A stretch of 64,000 nt of DNA from Octopus bimaculoides (Eukaryota): contig NC_068984.1 of the NCBI RefSeq assembly GCF_001194135.2, forward strand, positions 130,944,842 through 131,008,841, written 5' to 3'. The notes under the pieces are model-generated. The model was given only the letters and a program-made list of their open reading frames with translations, made no database searches and had not been told where the DNA came from. This document shows, piece after piece, positions 53,536-64,000 of this stretch (its first letter is position 1; each line of letters opens with the position of its first letter). Made by a program: the position numbers and the translations under genes.

Positions 53536-53661
53536 CTTCATTGATTCTTGATATCCAGCAAAGAACCTGCGTACACTTCCGATTCCTTTCTGCAAAACAT
53601 TTCGTTCAGAAGGTACAAACTGATAGACATACTTCTTTGGAGCCGGTTCATATATTGGCAG
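53536..53661 (-). CDS. APOOL: MIC26/27 exon 3 (LPIYEPAPKKYVYQFVPSERNVLQKGIGSVRRFFAGYQESMK)
   Basis: catcttcag acceptor, gtatgg donor, 126 nt; LPIY...LQxGxxSxR signature of the ApoO domain. Confidence 0.9.
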
Positions 53662-54207
53662 CTGAAGATGGAAGAAAATCACAATGCAAAAGTCACAATA
53701 GGAAGAACAAATAAATAAAGTAATATGATTCATGTACAGAGTTTATTACATAGTTAGAGATTGGTAAGAGAAATGAGGGGCAGAGCTGCTTGAAATTATG
53801 GTGAGGTACAGTGAACAGGGATGGCTGTGTGGTTAAGAAGCTTGTTTGCAAATCATGTGGCCTTAGGTTCAGTCCCACTGTTTGGGATAAAAAATGATTG
53901 ACAGAAACAATCAATACAGTAACAGAAGATATATGTGTGTGTGTACAAAGCAACAAGGTTCTGTACAGTTTTCATATACCAAATTCTATGAAGACTGCAT
54001 TGGTTAATGTGAGGCTATGACAGGAGACACTGAGACCCAAAGTGACTCACAGTGAGATTGAACCTAGAATCATATAACTGTGAAGCAAGTGTCTTAACCA
54101 TAAAACCATGTTTGTGTGTAATAGCAGCCCTGACACATTTACTTCAATAGGAATGGGGTCCATTTGAGCTTTATGGGGTAAGGGAGGTCAGTACGTGTCA
54201 TACTTAC

Positions 54208-54300
54208 ATCAGCTATTGTCATTATTTTAATATCTTTGGTGTCTTCAGGGCCAACGGCAGCGAAGTAAACAGGGAAGCCCATTGATCCAAGTCTCAACAC
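54208..54300 (-). CDS. APOOL: MIC26/27 exon 2 (VLRLGSMGFPVYFAAVGPEDTKDIKIMTIAD)
   Basis: Polypyrimidine tract + ttgaag acceptor, gtaagt donor, 93 nt phase 0-0. Confidence 0.85.
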
Positions 54301-54473
54301 CTTCAAAAGTAAGAAGAGAAACAAAACACCATATTGAACAACATCAACAACTTCACAAATTCAACATATCCAAACAGTGGCCAGAGATTTCAGAGTACCT
54401 TTCTATTATCGACAGTCAATTTTATACTGACAAAAGGGTTAGATAAATAAACAAGTACATTTGTAAGGTGAGT

Positions 54474-54707
54474 GTTATTTCTTTACTGTCCACAAGGGGC
54501 TAAACATAGAGGGGACAAACAAGGACAGACAAATGGATTAAGTCGATTATATCGACCCCAGTGCGTAACTGGTACTTATTCAATCGACCCCGAAAGGATG
54601 AAAGGCAAAGTCGACCTCGGCGGAATTTGAACTCAGAACGTAGCGGCAGACGAAATACCGCCAAGCATTTTGCCGACGTGCTAACGTTTCTGCCAGCTCA
54701 CCGCCTT
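54474..54707 (-). mobile_element. SINE family D (AAGGCGGTGAGCTGGCAG... head)
   Basis: Many copies, e.g. 31826-32040, 34690-34905, 42120-42330, 51000-51187, 55033-55255, 55500-55705, 55900-56080, 57365-57570, 63640-63785. Confidence 0.8.
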
Positions 54708-55032
54708 CATTTGTAAGGTGAGTGTATTCTCACGATTAGTGAGTGTGCTGTAAGCCAATATTCTATCCTTCGCACTCTTACAATACGACTGTTATAAGTT
54801 GTCACTTTTGACAAGTAATCATCATCACTATTTTAACGTCTGTTTTTCTATGACTGCATGGATCAGAGTTCACATATATACATACTTTTTAATTCATTGC
54901 CTTTTATCCTTTTCAGGATTGATGTAATAAGTGTCAGTTAAACACTGGGGTCAACGTGATCAGCTAAACCTCTCTGCCAAAATTTCTGACCTTATGCCTA
55001 TAGCAGAAAGGATTATTATTATTATTATTACT

Positions 55033-55255
55033 AAGGTGGCGAGATGGCAGAAACGCTAGTAAGCCGGGCGAAATGTTTAGCAGTATTTCGTCTGCCATTA
55101 CATTCTGAGTTCAAATTCCGCCGAGGTCAACTTTGCCTTTCATCCTTTTGGGGTCGATAAATTAAATACCAGTTACGCACAGGGGTCGATCTAATCGACT
55201 CAGTACCTTTGTCTGTCCTCTATGCTTAGCCCCTTGTGAGCAATAAAGAAATAAG
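55033..55255 (+). mobile_element. SINE family D copy, inverted relative to 54474-54707
   Basis: High similarity to the reverse complement of 54474-54707; flanked by repeated AGAAAGGATTATTAT. Confidence 0.8.
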
Positions 55256-55785
55256 AAAGGATTATTATCATCATTATTGGGCGGTAAAGCGGGCAGGATT
55301 GTTAGTATGTAGGACCAAAATGCTTAGTGGCAATTCTTTTGGTTGTTTAAGTTTTCAGTTGAAATTCTATCTTTTTATCCGTTCAGAGTCAATAAAATAA
55401 ATATCAGCTGTGCACTGGGTTCAATGTAATTGACATGCCTCCTGCCTCAAAATTGCAGGCCTTGTGCCAAAATTTGAAATTATTATTATTATTATGAAGA
55501 AGGCGGCGAGCAGGCAGAGTCGTTACAACACTGGGCAAAATGCTTAGAGGCATTTCGTCCACTTTTACGTTCTGAGTTCAAATTCCGCTGAAGTCGACTT
55601 TGCCTTTCGGGATCGATAAATTAAGTACCAGTTGCGTACTGGGGTCGATCTAAACGACTGGACCCCTTTCCCCCAAAATTTCAGGCCTTGTGCCTATAGT
55701 AGAAAATTTTTAAAATGTTTGTTTAAATAAACCCATTTCAAGAAAATATCAAACGGGCCGCAAGATAAAAGTTTGAGGACCGGAA

Positions 55786-55866
55786 GTAAAGAATACGCAC
55801 ACCACCCGTTTTTGGCGTAACCCTAACCCCAAAACCTTAAAAACACCGGGTGTGCGTATTCTTTAC
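55786..55866. repeat. 18-bp perfect inverted repeat enclosing a telomere-like TAACCCTAACCC tract
   Basis: GTAAAGAATACGCACACC (55786-55803) and its exact reverse complement (55849-55866). Confidence 0.85.
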
Positions 55867-56489
55867 CTTCGCCAGTCTCATCTACATATGGGTTTTGAAT
55901 TTCGACACAAGGCCAGCAATTTCGGGCGATGAGTTAAGTCGATTACATCAACCTGCAGTGCTGATATGGTACTTATTTTATCGACCCCGGCGGCGTCTGA
56001 ACTCAGAGCGTTAAGTTAGAAGAAATGCTATTCAGCTTTTCGTCCGACACCGTAACGATTCTGTCAGCTCGCCGCCTTAAGTTTCATCTGAATATATGTT
56101 ACGAGAAATCGACCGTATCCCCTCACGGAATGTCTGATTTTCTGATAATTTTCAAAATCATGCACCATCATTATAAAGAGATTATAATATAGCGTAACTC
56201 TTTTGCAAATTAAAGCCAAAGACCCGTTTTTGATATCCAATTTGGCCTTTTTTTTTTTTTTTTGGTTTAGTTACTTATGCCCTTGCATACATGAATGTGA
56301 CACCGTCCTATTTACCGACGCCTGCTTTAACTCTGGCTTTGCTACAGACGTTATATCTACAGTAAATATACGAAAACGAAGTAAATCAAAGATCAAAATC
56401 ATAAATAAGTCAACACGAATATTTTTCACAGACAGAAAGGAAACTAAACATAAGAGAAAGGAAATCAAAAATGTCAATGTCAAACTCAC

Positions 56490-56501
56490 CCGACGCGCCA
56501 T
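56490..56501 (-). CDS. APOOL: MICOS MIC26/MIC27 (apolipoprotein O family) exon 1 coding part (MARR)
   Basis: caagATGGCGCGTCGG followed by a gtgagt donor; a very short first coding exon as in vertebrate APOO; CpG-richer context. Confidence 0.8.
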
Positions 56502-56505
56502 CTTG
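56496..56505 (-). promoter_or_regulatory. YY1-like motif CAAGATGGCG overlapping the MIC26/27 start codon
   Basis: Matches the YY1 consensus AAGATGGCG, which is common at starts of housekeeping and mitochondrial genes. Confidence 0.5.
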
Positions 56506-58439
56506 TACGGTGTTACACTATAGGTGTCACCGATGTTATTTTGTTACCGGTCATTTTTGTAGACGTTTTATTCCTGAATTTATCAAACTATGTGATGAAT
56601 GTTACTAAGATAGACGACAGAGATTTATTATATGTGATGAATGCTACTGAGATTGACGACATACTTAGAGAATTCCGAAAAAAAACAACAAAACTACATT
56701 AAACATTAGGAAAGGAGAAAAACAAACAAACAAAACAGTTAATATTCAATACAACTTATATCTGATATCAGTTCAAATTGAAAACTCAGTAAAGGAAGAA
56801 AAATGTTTATAAATATGTTTTTTAATCTAGAAGNNNNNNNNNNNNNNNNNNNNNNNNNNNNNNNNNNNNNNNNNNNNNNNNNNNNNNNNNNNNNNNNNNN
56901 NNNNNNNNNNNNNNNNNNNNNNNNNNNNNNNNNNNNNNNNNNNNNNNNNNNNNNNNNNNNNNNNNNNNNNNNNNNNNNNNNNNNNNNNNNNNNNNNNNNN
57001 NNNNNNNNNNNNNNNNNNNNNNNNNNNNNNNNNNNNNNNNNNNNNNNNNNNNNNNNNNNNNNNNNNNNNNNNNNNNNNNNNNNNNNNNNNNNNNNNNNNN
57101 NNNNNNNNNNNNNNNNNNNNNNNNNNNNNNNNNNNNNNNNNNNNNNNNNNNNNNNNNNNNNNNNNNNNNNNNNNNNNNNNNNNNNNNNNNNNNNNNNNNN
57201 NNNNNNNNNNNNNNNNNNNNNNNNNNNNNNNNNNNNNNNNNNNNNNNNNNTTATCGTTCCTGAAAAGATGAACTCAGTACCCATTACCATTCTTTTCCTG
57301 CGTTTTAACCATTCTGCTATTCCAGCGCCCAATTTGTGTTTATTATAATTAATAAGTTTCAAATTTTGGCACACGGCCAGTAATTTCAGGGGAGGGGTAA
57401 AATCGAACATATCGATCCCAGTGTTCAGCTGATACTTATTTCATCGACTTTGAAAGGTTGGAAGGCAAAGTCAACCCCGGCGGCATTTGAACTCATAACG
57501 TAAAGGCAGACGAAACGCCGCTAAGCATTTTGCTCGACGTCCTAACGATTCTGCCAGCTCGTCGCCTTAATTATATAATAATTAATGAACAGTAATATTG
57601 TTTATGGGTCTTCACAGGGCCAATCTCTAGTTTACTGTCTTTCCGACAGCGAGAGTGAGAAGGGAGTGCCTATAACTAGGTACAGAATAAATATCTCGAG
57701 GGACTTCATTCGTAAAGTCCTTCGAGATATTCGTAGAAATATTCAGTGTTTTTCTTTTCTTTTTCAATGTTGATGCAAGTCGGCGAAAGATACACATAAA
57801 AACATTAAGAAGAAACCCTCCATAGAGTGGAGGTGGTCTAAGTGAGTTTTGGAATGGCTAATATGTACCTTCCACGCTGCATTTATTTCAGTTTGAAGAC
57901 ACGTTCTTTGATCAACTCACTTTGCCAGACAATACATCTGAATAGTTTTTATGAAGTTTACAAACTGAAGGCATGCCAACACGGGTATCCCACATCCACG
58001 ACTTTGTTTCCTCATAACTTTCAGAAAAATGGTTGTTCTTTTAATGAAAATTTCTACATGTATCTTTCAGACGGTGTACATACCAATTATATCGGAATTT
58101 ATTGTGAAAAAAAAAATTTTCGGAATAGGTGGGGAGGAGGAATATCGGATAAATCACACAAAACGACTTTGTTTCCTCATAATTGAACCCCACCCCCACC
58201 AAAAAAAAAACTGGACATTTTTAAAATGAAAGTTTCTAGGCTGTGGTGGTAAGAAGATTGCTTTCCAACCACATGGTTCCAGGTTCGGTTCCAATGCGTG
58301 GCACCTTGTGCAAGTGTCTTCTACTATAGTCCCGAGTCGACCAAAGCCTTGTGATTGGATTTGGTAGACGGGAACTGAAAGAAATCCGTCGTTAGGTATT
58401 TATACGTATATGCCTTTGTGTGTGTATTTGTTCTCCACC

Positions 58440-58852
58440 GGAGGCGCAATAGCCCAGTGGTTAGGGCAGCGGACTCGCGGTTTCGATTCCCAGGCCGGGC
58501 GTCGTGAGTGTTTATTGAGCGAANNNNNNNNNNNNNNNNNNNNNNNNNNNNNNNNNNNNNNNNNNNNNNNNNNNNNNNNNNNNNNNNNNNNNNNNNNNNN
58601 NNNNNNNNNNNNNNNNNNACTCTTCCACCACAACTTTCTCTCACTCTTACTTCCTGTTTCTGTTGTGCCTGTAATTCAAAGGGTCAGCCTTGTCACACTG
58701 TGTCACGCTGAATATCCCCGAGAACTACGTTAAGGGTACACGTGTCTGTAGAGTGCTCAGCCCCTTGCACGTTAATTTCACGAGCAGGCTGTTCCGTTGA
58801 TCGGATCAACTGGAATCCTCGACGTCGTAATCGACGGAGTGCCAACAATACA
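58440..58852 (+). mobile_element. Family C SINE nested inside a family B SINE
   Basis: 14-bp TSD ATTTGTTCTCCACC at 58426-58439 and 58853-58866; contains gap 58524-58618. Confidence 0.85.
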
Positions 58853-59837
58853 ATTTGTTCTCCACCACCGCTTGACAACCGGTGTTGATTTGTTTGCGTT
58901 CCCATAAGTTAATGGTTCGACAGTAAGAGAATGATAGAATAAGTACCAGACTATAAAATAACAGCATAAAGACTGGGATCAATTTGTTCCACTAAACTCT
59001 TCAAGGCAGTGCCTGAGCATGGCCGCAGTTTAATGTTTGAAGCAAGAGATTAAATACCTTTCAGTTGGTGCAGATTATGATATCCGTGGAGTTTAATGTA
59101 TAAATAAAAATGTGGAGCGCGCGCACGCACATAATTTTCTCAAAATCACAAGTCTCATTTTATAGATATATCTGATATGTGTCGGTATGCACGTATGCAC
59201 ATTTACTAACTTTTTAAACATTAAGTCCCGATATAATCGTTATCTACACCATCTGAATTGTATTTATTGAAAATTTCCTTAAAAATATTTATTCTTCTGA
59301 AACGAAGTTAGAGGGTAGTACACTTGTGTAGGTATTCCCAACGTAATACCAGTTCGAATATGTTTGAGAGCTGTTTGAACCTGTAGAAAGCTTTTCACTG
59401 TAGTTTGTCATAGATTAAAATATTTCTCAATCATATTTGGATTGATATTTAAGTTTATTTACTCTCAATCACGGCTCTGAGCTTCTACTCAAGAATGTTA
59501 CAAAGTTACATAATTCTGTAGTCTACTGGAAAGAGTTACCTCCCATGCCACCTTTTGTTGTGTTTGTTTAACTTCAAAACAGTTGTTTCTTTCTCGTAGG
59601 TTGAGCGTTTGCATGGAAGGTTCCCAGTTTCGTTGGTTCATTTCTCTGTGAAAATCCGGAAAAGTTGATGATTATGATGGATTCGGGTATTTTATAATGT
59701 TGCTTACCGGCTGTAAGGGGCTTTTACAAACACATAAAAAAGCCTTAATAAAAGAAAAAATGGTTTTAGTTACGCACTGAGAAGTATAGATGTATAGGTG
59801 CGTGTGCGCGAGTAGTGAACGTATGCTTGTTTGATTG

Positions 59838-59880
<43 letters not shown>

Positions 59881-61225
59881 TTATGTCTCGAATGTTAGCG
59901 AGACTGAAATAAGTACTGGATTTGATCTGATCAACTAAACATGGGAAGATGGTGCCACAGCATGGCCGTTGTCCTGTGATTGAAGTCAGTGAAAGAATAC
60001 TTTTCATTTCACTCTTTAGTTTGTTTACACTCTTTGTTTACAATCTCTTNNNNNNNNNNNNNNNNNNNNNNNNNNNNNNNNNNNNNNNNNNNNNNNNNNN
60101 NNNNNNNNNNNNNNNNNNNNNNNNNNNNNNNNNNNNNNNNNNNNNNNNNNNNNNNNNNNNNNNNNNNAGATAAATGCCAGTTGAGCATTGGGGTCGATGT
60201 AATCGACTAGCCCCCGTACTCGAATTTGCTGTGATTGCTTGGTCCCAAGTGAACCCTGATCTGGCAGACCTGTGATCAAAGGCATATAAGCTATTACCAC
60301 TCCATTTTTTTTTTCTGGTACTTTTCTGGCTTGCATTAAAAAGTCTCGGCACACATACTGTCCATATATGACATAGGCGTACCATAGCACAGTACTTAGA
60401 AACATCTGAGCTAGAATATTCTATTAGACTTTTCCTCGCTTAATATTTTTGCTGACAGAATCGTTAGCAAGCCGGCCAAAATGCTTAGCGATAATTTGTC
60501 CATCTTCACGTTCTGAATTCAAATTCCACCGAGGCCCACTATGCCTTTCATACTTTCGGTGTCGATAAGATAAATGCCAGTTGAGCATTGGGGTCGATGT
60601 AATCGACTAGCCCCCGTACTCGAATTTGCTGTGATTGCTTGGTCCCAAGTGAACCCTGATCTGGCAGACCTGTGATCAAAGGCATATAAGCTATTACCAC
60701 TCCATTTTTTTTTTCAAGCATTACGTTCCCCTAATTATATTATCAGGCAGTGAGCTGGCAGAATTGTTAGCGCGTCGGACAAAAAGCTTAACGGTATTTC
60801 TTCGGGTTCTTTACGTTCTATGTCCAAATCAAGCCAAGATCAACTTTGCCTTTCATGCCTTCAAGGTCAATAAAATAAAGTACTAGTCAAGTACTAGAGT
60901 CGGTGCAATCGACTTGTTCCCTCTCCTCATGATTGCTGACCTTCAAATCTACAACGGACCGGCGTCCCGTTCAGAAGGACTGTAGTGATCTTGATACACC
61001 ATGGAAACCGGCCTTTTGTGTCATAGTTCTCAAGAAATAAAAAACTGTATTGTTCAATGTGTCCCTACCACGCTTTTTTGACAGTGTGTGATTTAAGAAA
61101 GCACTGTGATTTAAGAGAGATTTAGCTGTTATTTTTTGCAGGCCAAAAGACCATATGAGGTCTCTCGCGGCCCGCTTAACGTGTGTAAGGGAGATAACTT
61201 AGTGTTGTATTTGAATACCATATGT

Positions 61226-61258
<33 letters not shown>

Positions 61259-63806
61259 GCTAAGCATGCATGAGCAAACATGAGAGATTCCACCTAGTCG
61301 CTCGAGTTGCAAGCAATAACCGCTCCCATCCATCTTAAACAAGACAGGATGCGGAAGAGAATATAGTTGTACATATACTGTTTCTAAAAAGAAACAAATA
61401 AGAAAAAAAAAAAAAGACGGGAGCGTCATGACTGGAACGGCTTTGATCAGAGGAAATCTGGGATTAAACAAAAACAATAATAACTCGATATATGCAGCAG
61501 AAACAGTGTAACATTAAAATAGTCATCTGTGTATCATACTTAATGTAAACACATCAAGAAAAGCAAATTAAGTGCGGTATCCGTCCAGAAATAATATTCT
61601 TTATGGATGCATTGTGCTTAAAAACACAAAAATATGTCAGTAGCTGACAAAAATCGTCTAGTAGCGGCGGTGGGAATACTCAATGCACATTTCTGCTTTG
61701 TGAGGCTTTGTTAGTGGGATCTAGTCACTGCCAACCACATGCTATGATAAGATTTACTGTCACTGATGTAAGAAAACAATGACTGAAAAATCGCTGATGT
61801 TGCTTTTAACCACCCGCACTAAACAAAACATCAATGGATGTTATAGAAACAGTATTAGATTAAAACAGCCATCTATGTATCATAATGAAAGCATATGGCT
61901 TAGTGGTTAGTGTATTCGACTCACGGTCGCGAGTTCGATTCCCAGCGATGCGTTGTATCCTTGAGCAAGACACTTTATTTCACGTTGCTCCAGTTCACTC
62001 AACTGGTAAAAACGAGGTGTACCTGTAATTCGCTGGGCCAGCCTTGTCACATTCCGTGTACCACACTGAATCTCCTTACACCATATAGGTGCAGACATAG
62101 CTGTGTGGTTAAGAAGCTCGCTTTGCAACCACGTGGTTTCAGGTTCAGTTTCACTGCGCGGCACCTTGGTCAAGTGCCACCGAACTATAATGCTCGGGCC
62201 TACCAATACCAAATAAGTGCACTAAAGTGAAATCCACCAAAGGCACAAAAATACCATAACATGTCAGATGGTGTTAAAGCAGTTGATATTCTTTCCTTCC
62301 TATTCCCAAATGAAAAAAAAAATGGTATTTTATTGTAGCTCCAGCACTGGAGAGGTCATCTAACTAGAACGTTCTCTGACTCAATTCAGTCGTTTGCAGT
62401 TTGTATGACCGGAATGCAAAAACGAATCGACATTGTTGCTGCTGTAGAAACTACATGGTTATTGAGATGATTGTCTGAGATATGATACAAAATTAAACAA
62501 GCAGTGAATACACAGAGTTAGGGAAAAAGAGGAGGGTTACAAGGAAACTAAAAGGTGCCTTTGCTAGTTTAACAATAAAGATAAAATCGTTAGGAATGAC
62601 TGGATGGTTAACAAGCTCGCTTTGCGTCCACAGGGTTTCGGGTTTAGTTCCATTGCGCGGCATCTTTGGCAAGTGTCTTCCACAGCAGTGCTCCGCAACC
62701 TTCTTTGATTTATATTCTTATATTCTTTTTAAAATTCGATGGCACGCCTGAACTAAAAATATAACTAAAAGTATAAGGAAAAAAATTATATTCAGGTTAC
62801 ACAGCGGCACACCTAGCATCGTCTCGTAGCACAAAAGTGTGACGCGGCATACCAGTTGCGGAGCACTATTCTGCCGTAGCCTAGGAGTGACTAATGCTTT
62901 GTAAGTGAATTTGATTGACGAAAAACTACGTGGAAGCCGCACGCACATACACACGCGCACACACACATTTGTACCTACATATGTGTGTGTCTTTGTGTTG
63001 TCCACCCTCCACCATCACCGTTCGACAACCAGCGTCGGTTTATATTGCCACAACTTAGCGGTTCAGCAAAAGAAAACGTTCGGATAAGTATTAGATTTAA
63101 AGGGGAAAAAACCCAAGCAAACATAAATACTGGATTCAATTTGTTGGATTAAACCTTTTGAAGTGGTGCACCAGCATGGCTGCAATCCAATGAGTGAAAC
63201 AAGTAAAAGGTAAAGTATAAAATAAACTTGTATATAATAGAATAATTGAGATAACAGACCAAAAAACTTAATTCACTGAGTATTACATAGCGTTTTGAGA
63301 AGATGTTTTGAAATGTGATGTAAAGTAAAACTCTTTTGTGAATAAACATACAATTTTAGCCTGGCTGAGGAAGGTAAACGAAGTGTGTAGTTTAGTATAT
63401 GCTTCACACTCCTGGCGGCAGACGGTAGTACATGAGTAAAGGAAACACTAAGGTCACCGGAAGAGATACTGGTATCGATGTCCACTTTTAGCTTGTCATC
63501 ATCTTTGCCGTACAATAGAGATAAATGATGAGCATCAGCGTAGGATTGACCATAAAAAAAAATAAGCACGTACTAAGGGCATCAAAGGAAGTGGGGCACC
63601 ACAGAAATGGTAGATGGTTTACGGCACAAAAGAAATCACTTGTGGTTCGACTTTGCATTTCATCCTTTCGGGAGTCGATTAAATAAGTACCAGTTACGCA
63701 CTGGGGTCAATATAATCGACTTAGTCCCTTTGTCTGTCCTTGTTTGTCCCCTCTATGTCTAGCCCCTTGTGGGAAATAAAGAAATATATATATGTATATC
63801 TGTAAA

Positions 63807-64000
63807 AATATGTGACACTTATTCGGTAGCCATGATTAAACTCCGAGGATGCCGGGGTGAGAACCCACGCCAATATCTCTTCAGTTATCCGGCCATTGAA
63901 AATTCCTGGCCGGATAACTGAAGAGGTGTTGGAGTGGGTTCCCACCCCGGCATCCGAAACTCGGAGTTTTGTCATGGCTACCGAATAAGTGTCACATATT
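63807..64000. repeat. Long CpG-rich palindrome (fold-back), probably an inverted Penelope-like pLTR pair; may extend beyond the window
   Basis: Arms 63807-63895 and 63907-64000 differ by 6 substitutions and one 5-nt indel; 11-nt loop; outer 29 bp perfect. Confidence 0.9.
63907..63980 (+). ncRNA. Type I hammerhead ribozyme motif (minimal, Penelope-like)
   Basis: Stem I 63907-63917/63969-63980; CUGAAGA 63918-63924; stem II 63925-63955 closed by G-C; GAAA 63956-63959; stem III ACUC-G-GAGU; GUU cleavage triplet 63966-63968. Confidence 0.7.

Noticed and set aside
56592-56650. Box C/D snoRNA-like pattern (GTGATGA twice, CTGA)
   Set aside because: Only 6 nt separate each C box from the following D-like box, too short for guides; explained by the tandem duplication.

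Overview
AT-rich animal genomic DNA dense in microsatellites and SINEs, with 12 assembly gaps (448-1273, 10145-10906, 19649-19827, 24760-25128, 26084-26269, 28536-28556, 29755-30167, 33198-33455, 51675-52045, 56834-57250, 58524-58618, 60050-60168). The repeat families suggest an octopus genome (inference). I reconstructed two convergent spliced genes by hand. (1) An SLC12A8 (CCC9) orthologue on +, with 11 visible coding exons from 19829 to 40456; the N-terminal exon and two internal exons (the FFxVFGVFFP/TM6 region) are not in the readable sequence. (2) A complete 8-exon, 241-aa MICOS MIC26/MIC27 (APOO/APOOL family) gene on -, from 56501 to 45947. The rest is tRNA-derived SINEs, RTE-tail repeats, CR1/RTE/R4-Dong LINE fragments, mariner/hAT/piggyBac MITEs and a 422-bp solo LTR with a 4-bp TSD. 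Nearly all ORFs in the supplied track are artefacts of N runs, microsatellites or repeats. The most notable unexplained structure is at the window end: a ~194-bp palindrome whose right arm folds into a complete type I hammerhead ribozyme of the minimal Penelope type, while the mirror copy lacks exactly the GAAAC core segment. Two more long fold-backs lie in SLC12A8 introns, and inverted-repeat pairs in both genes could form dsRNA/ADAR substrates. All alignments and folds were done by eye; no database search was run.
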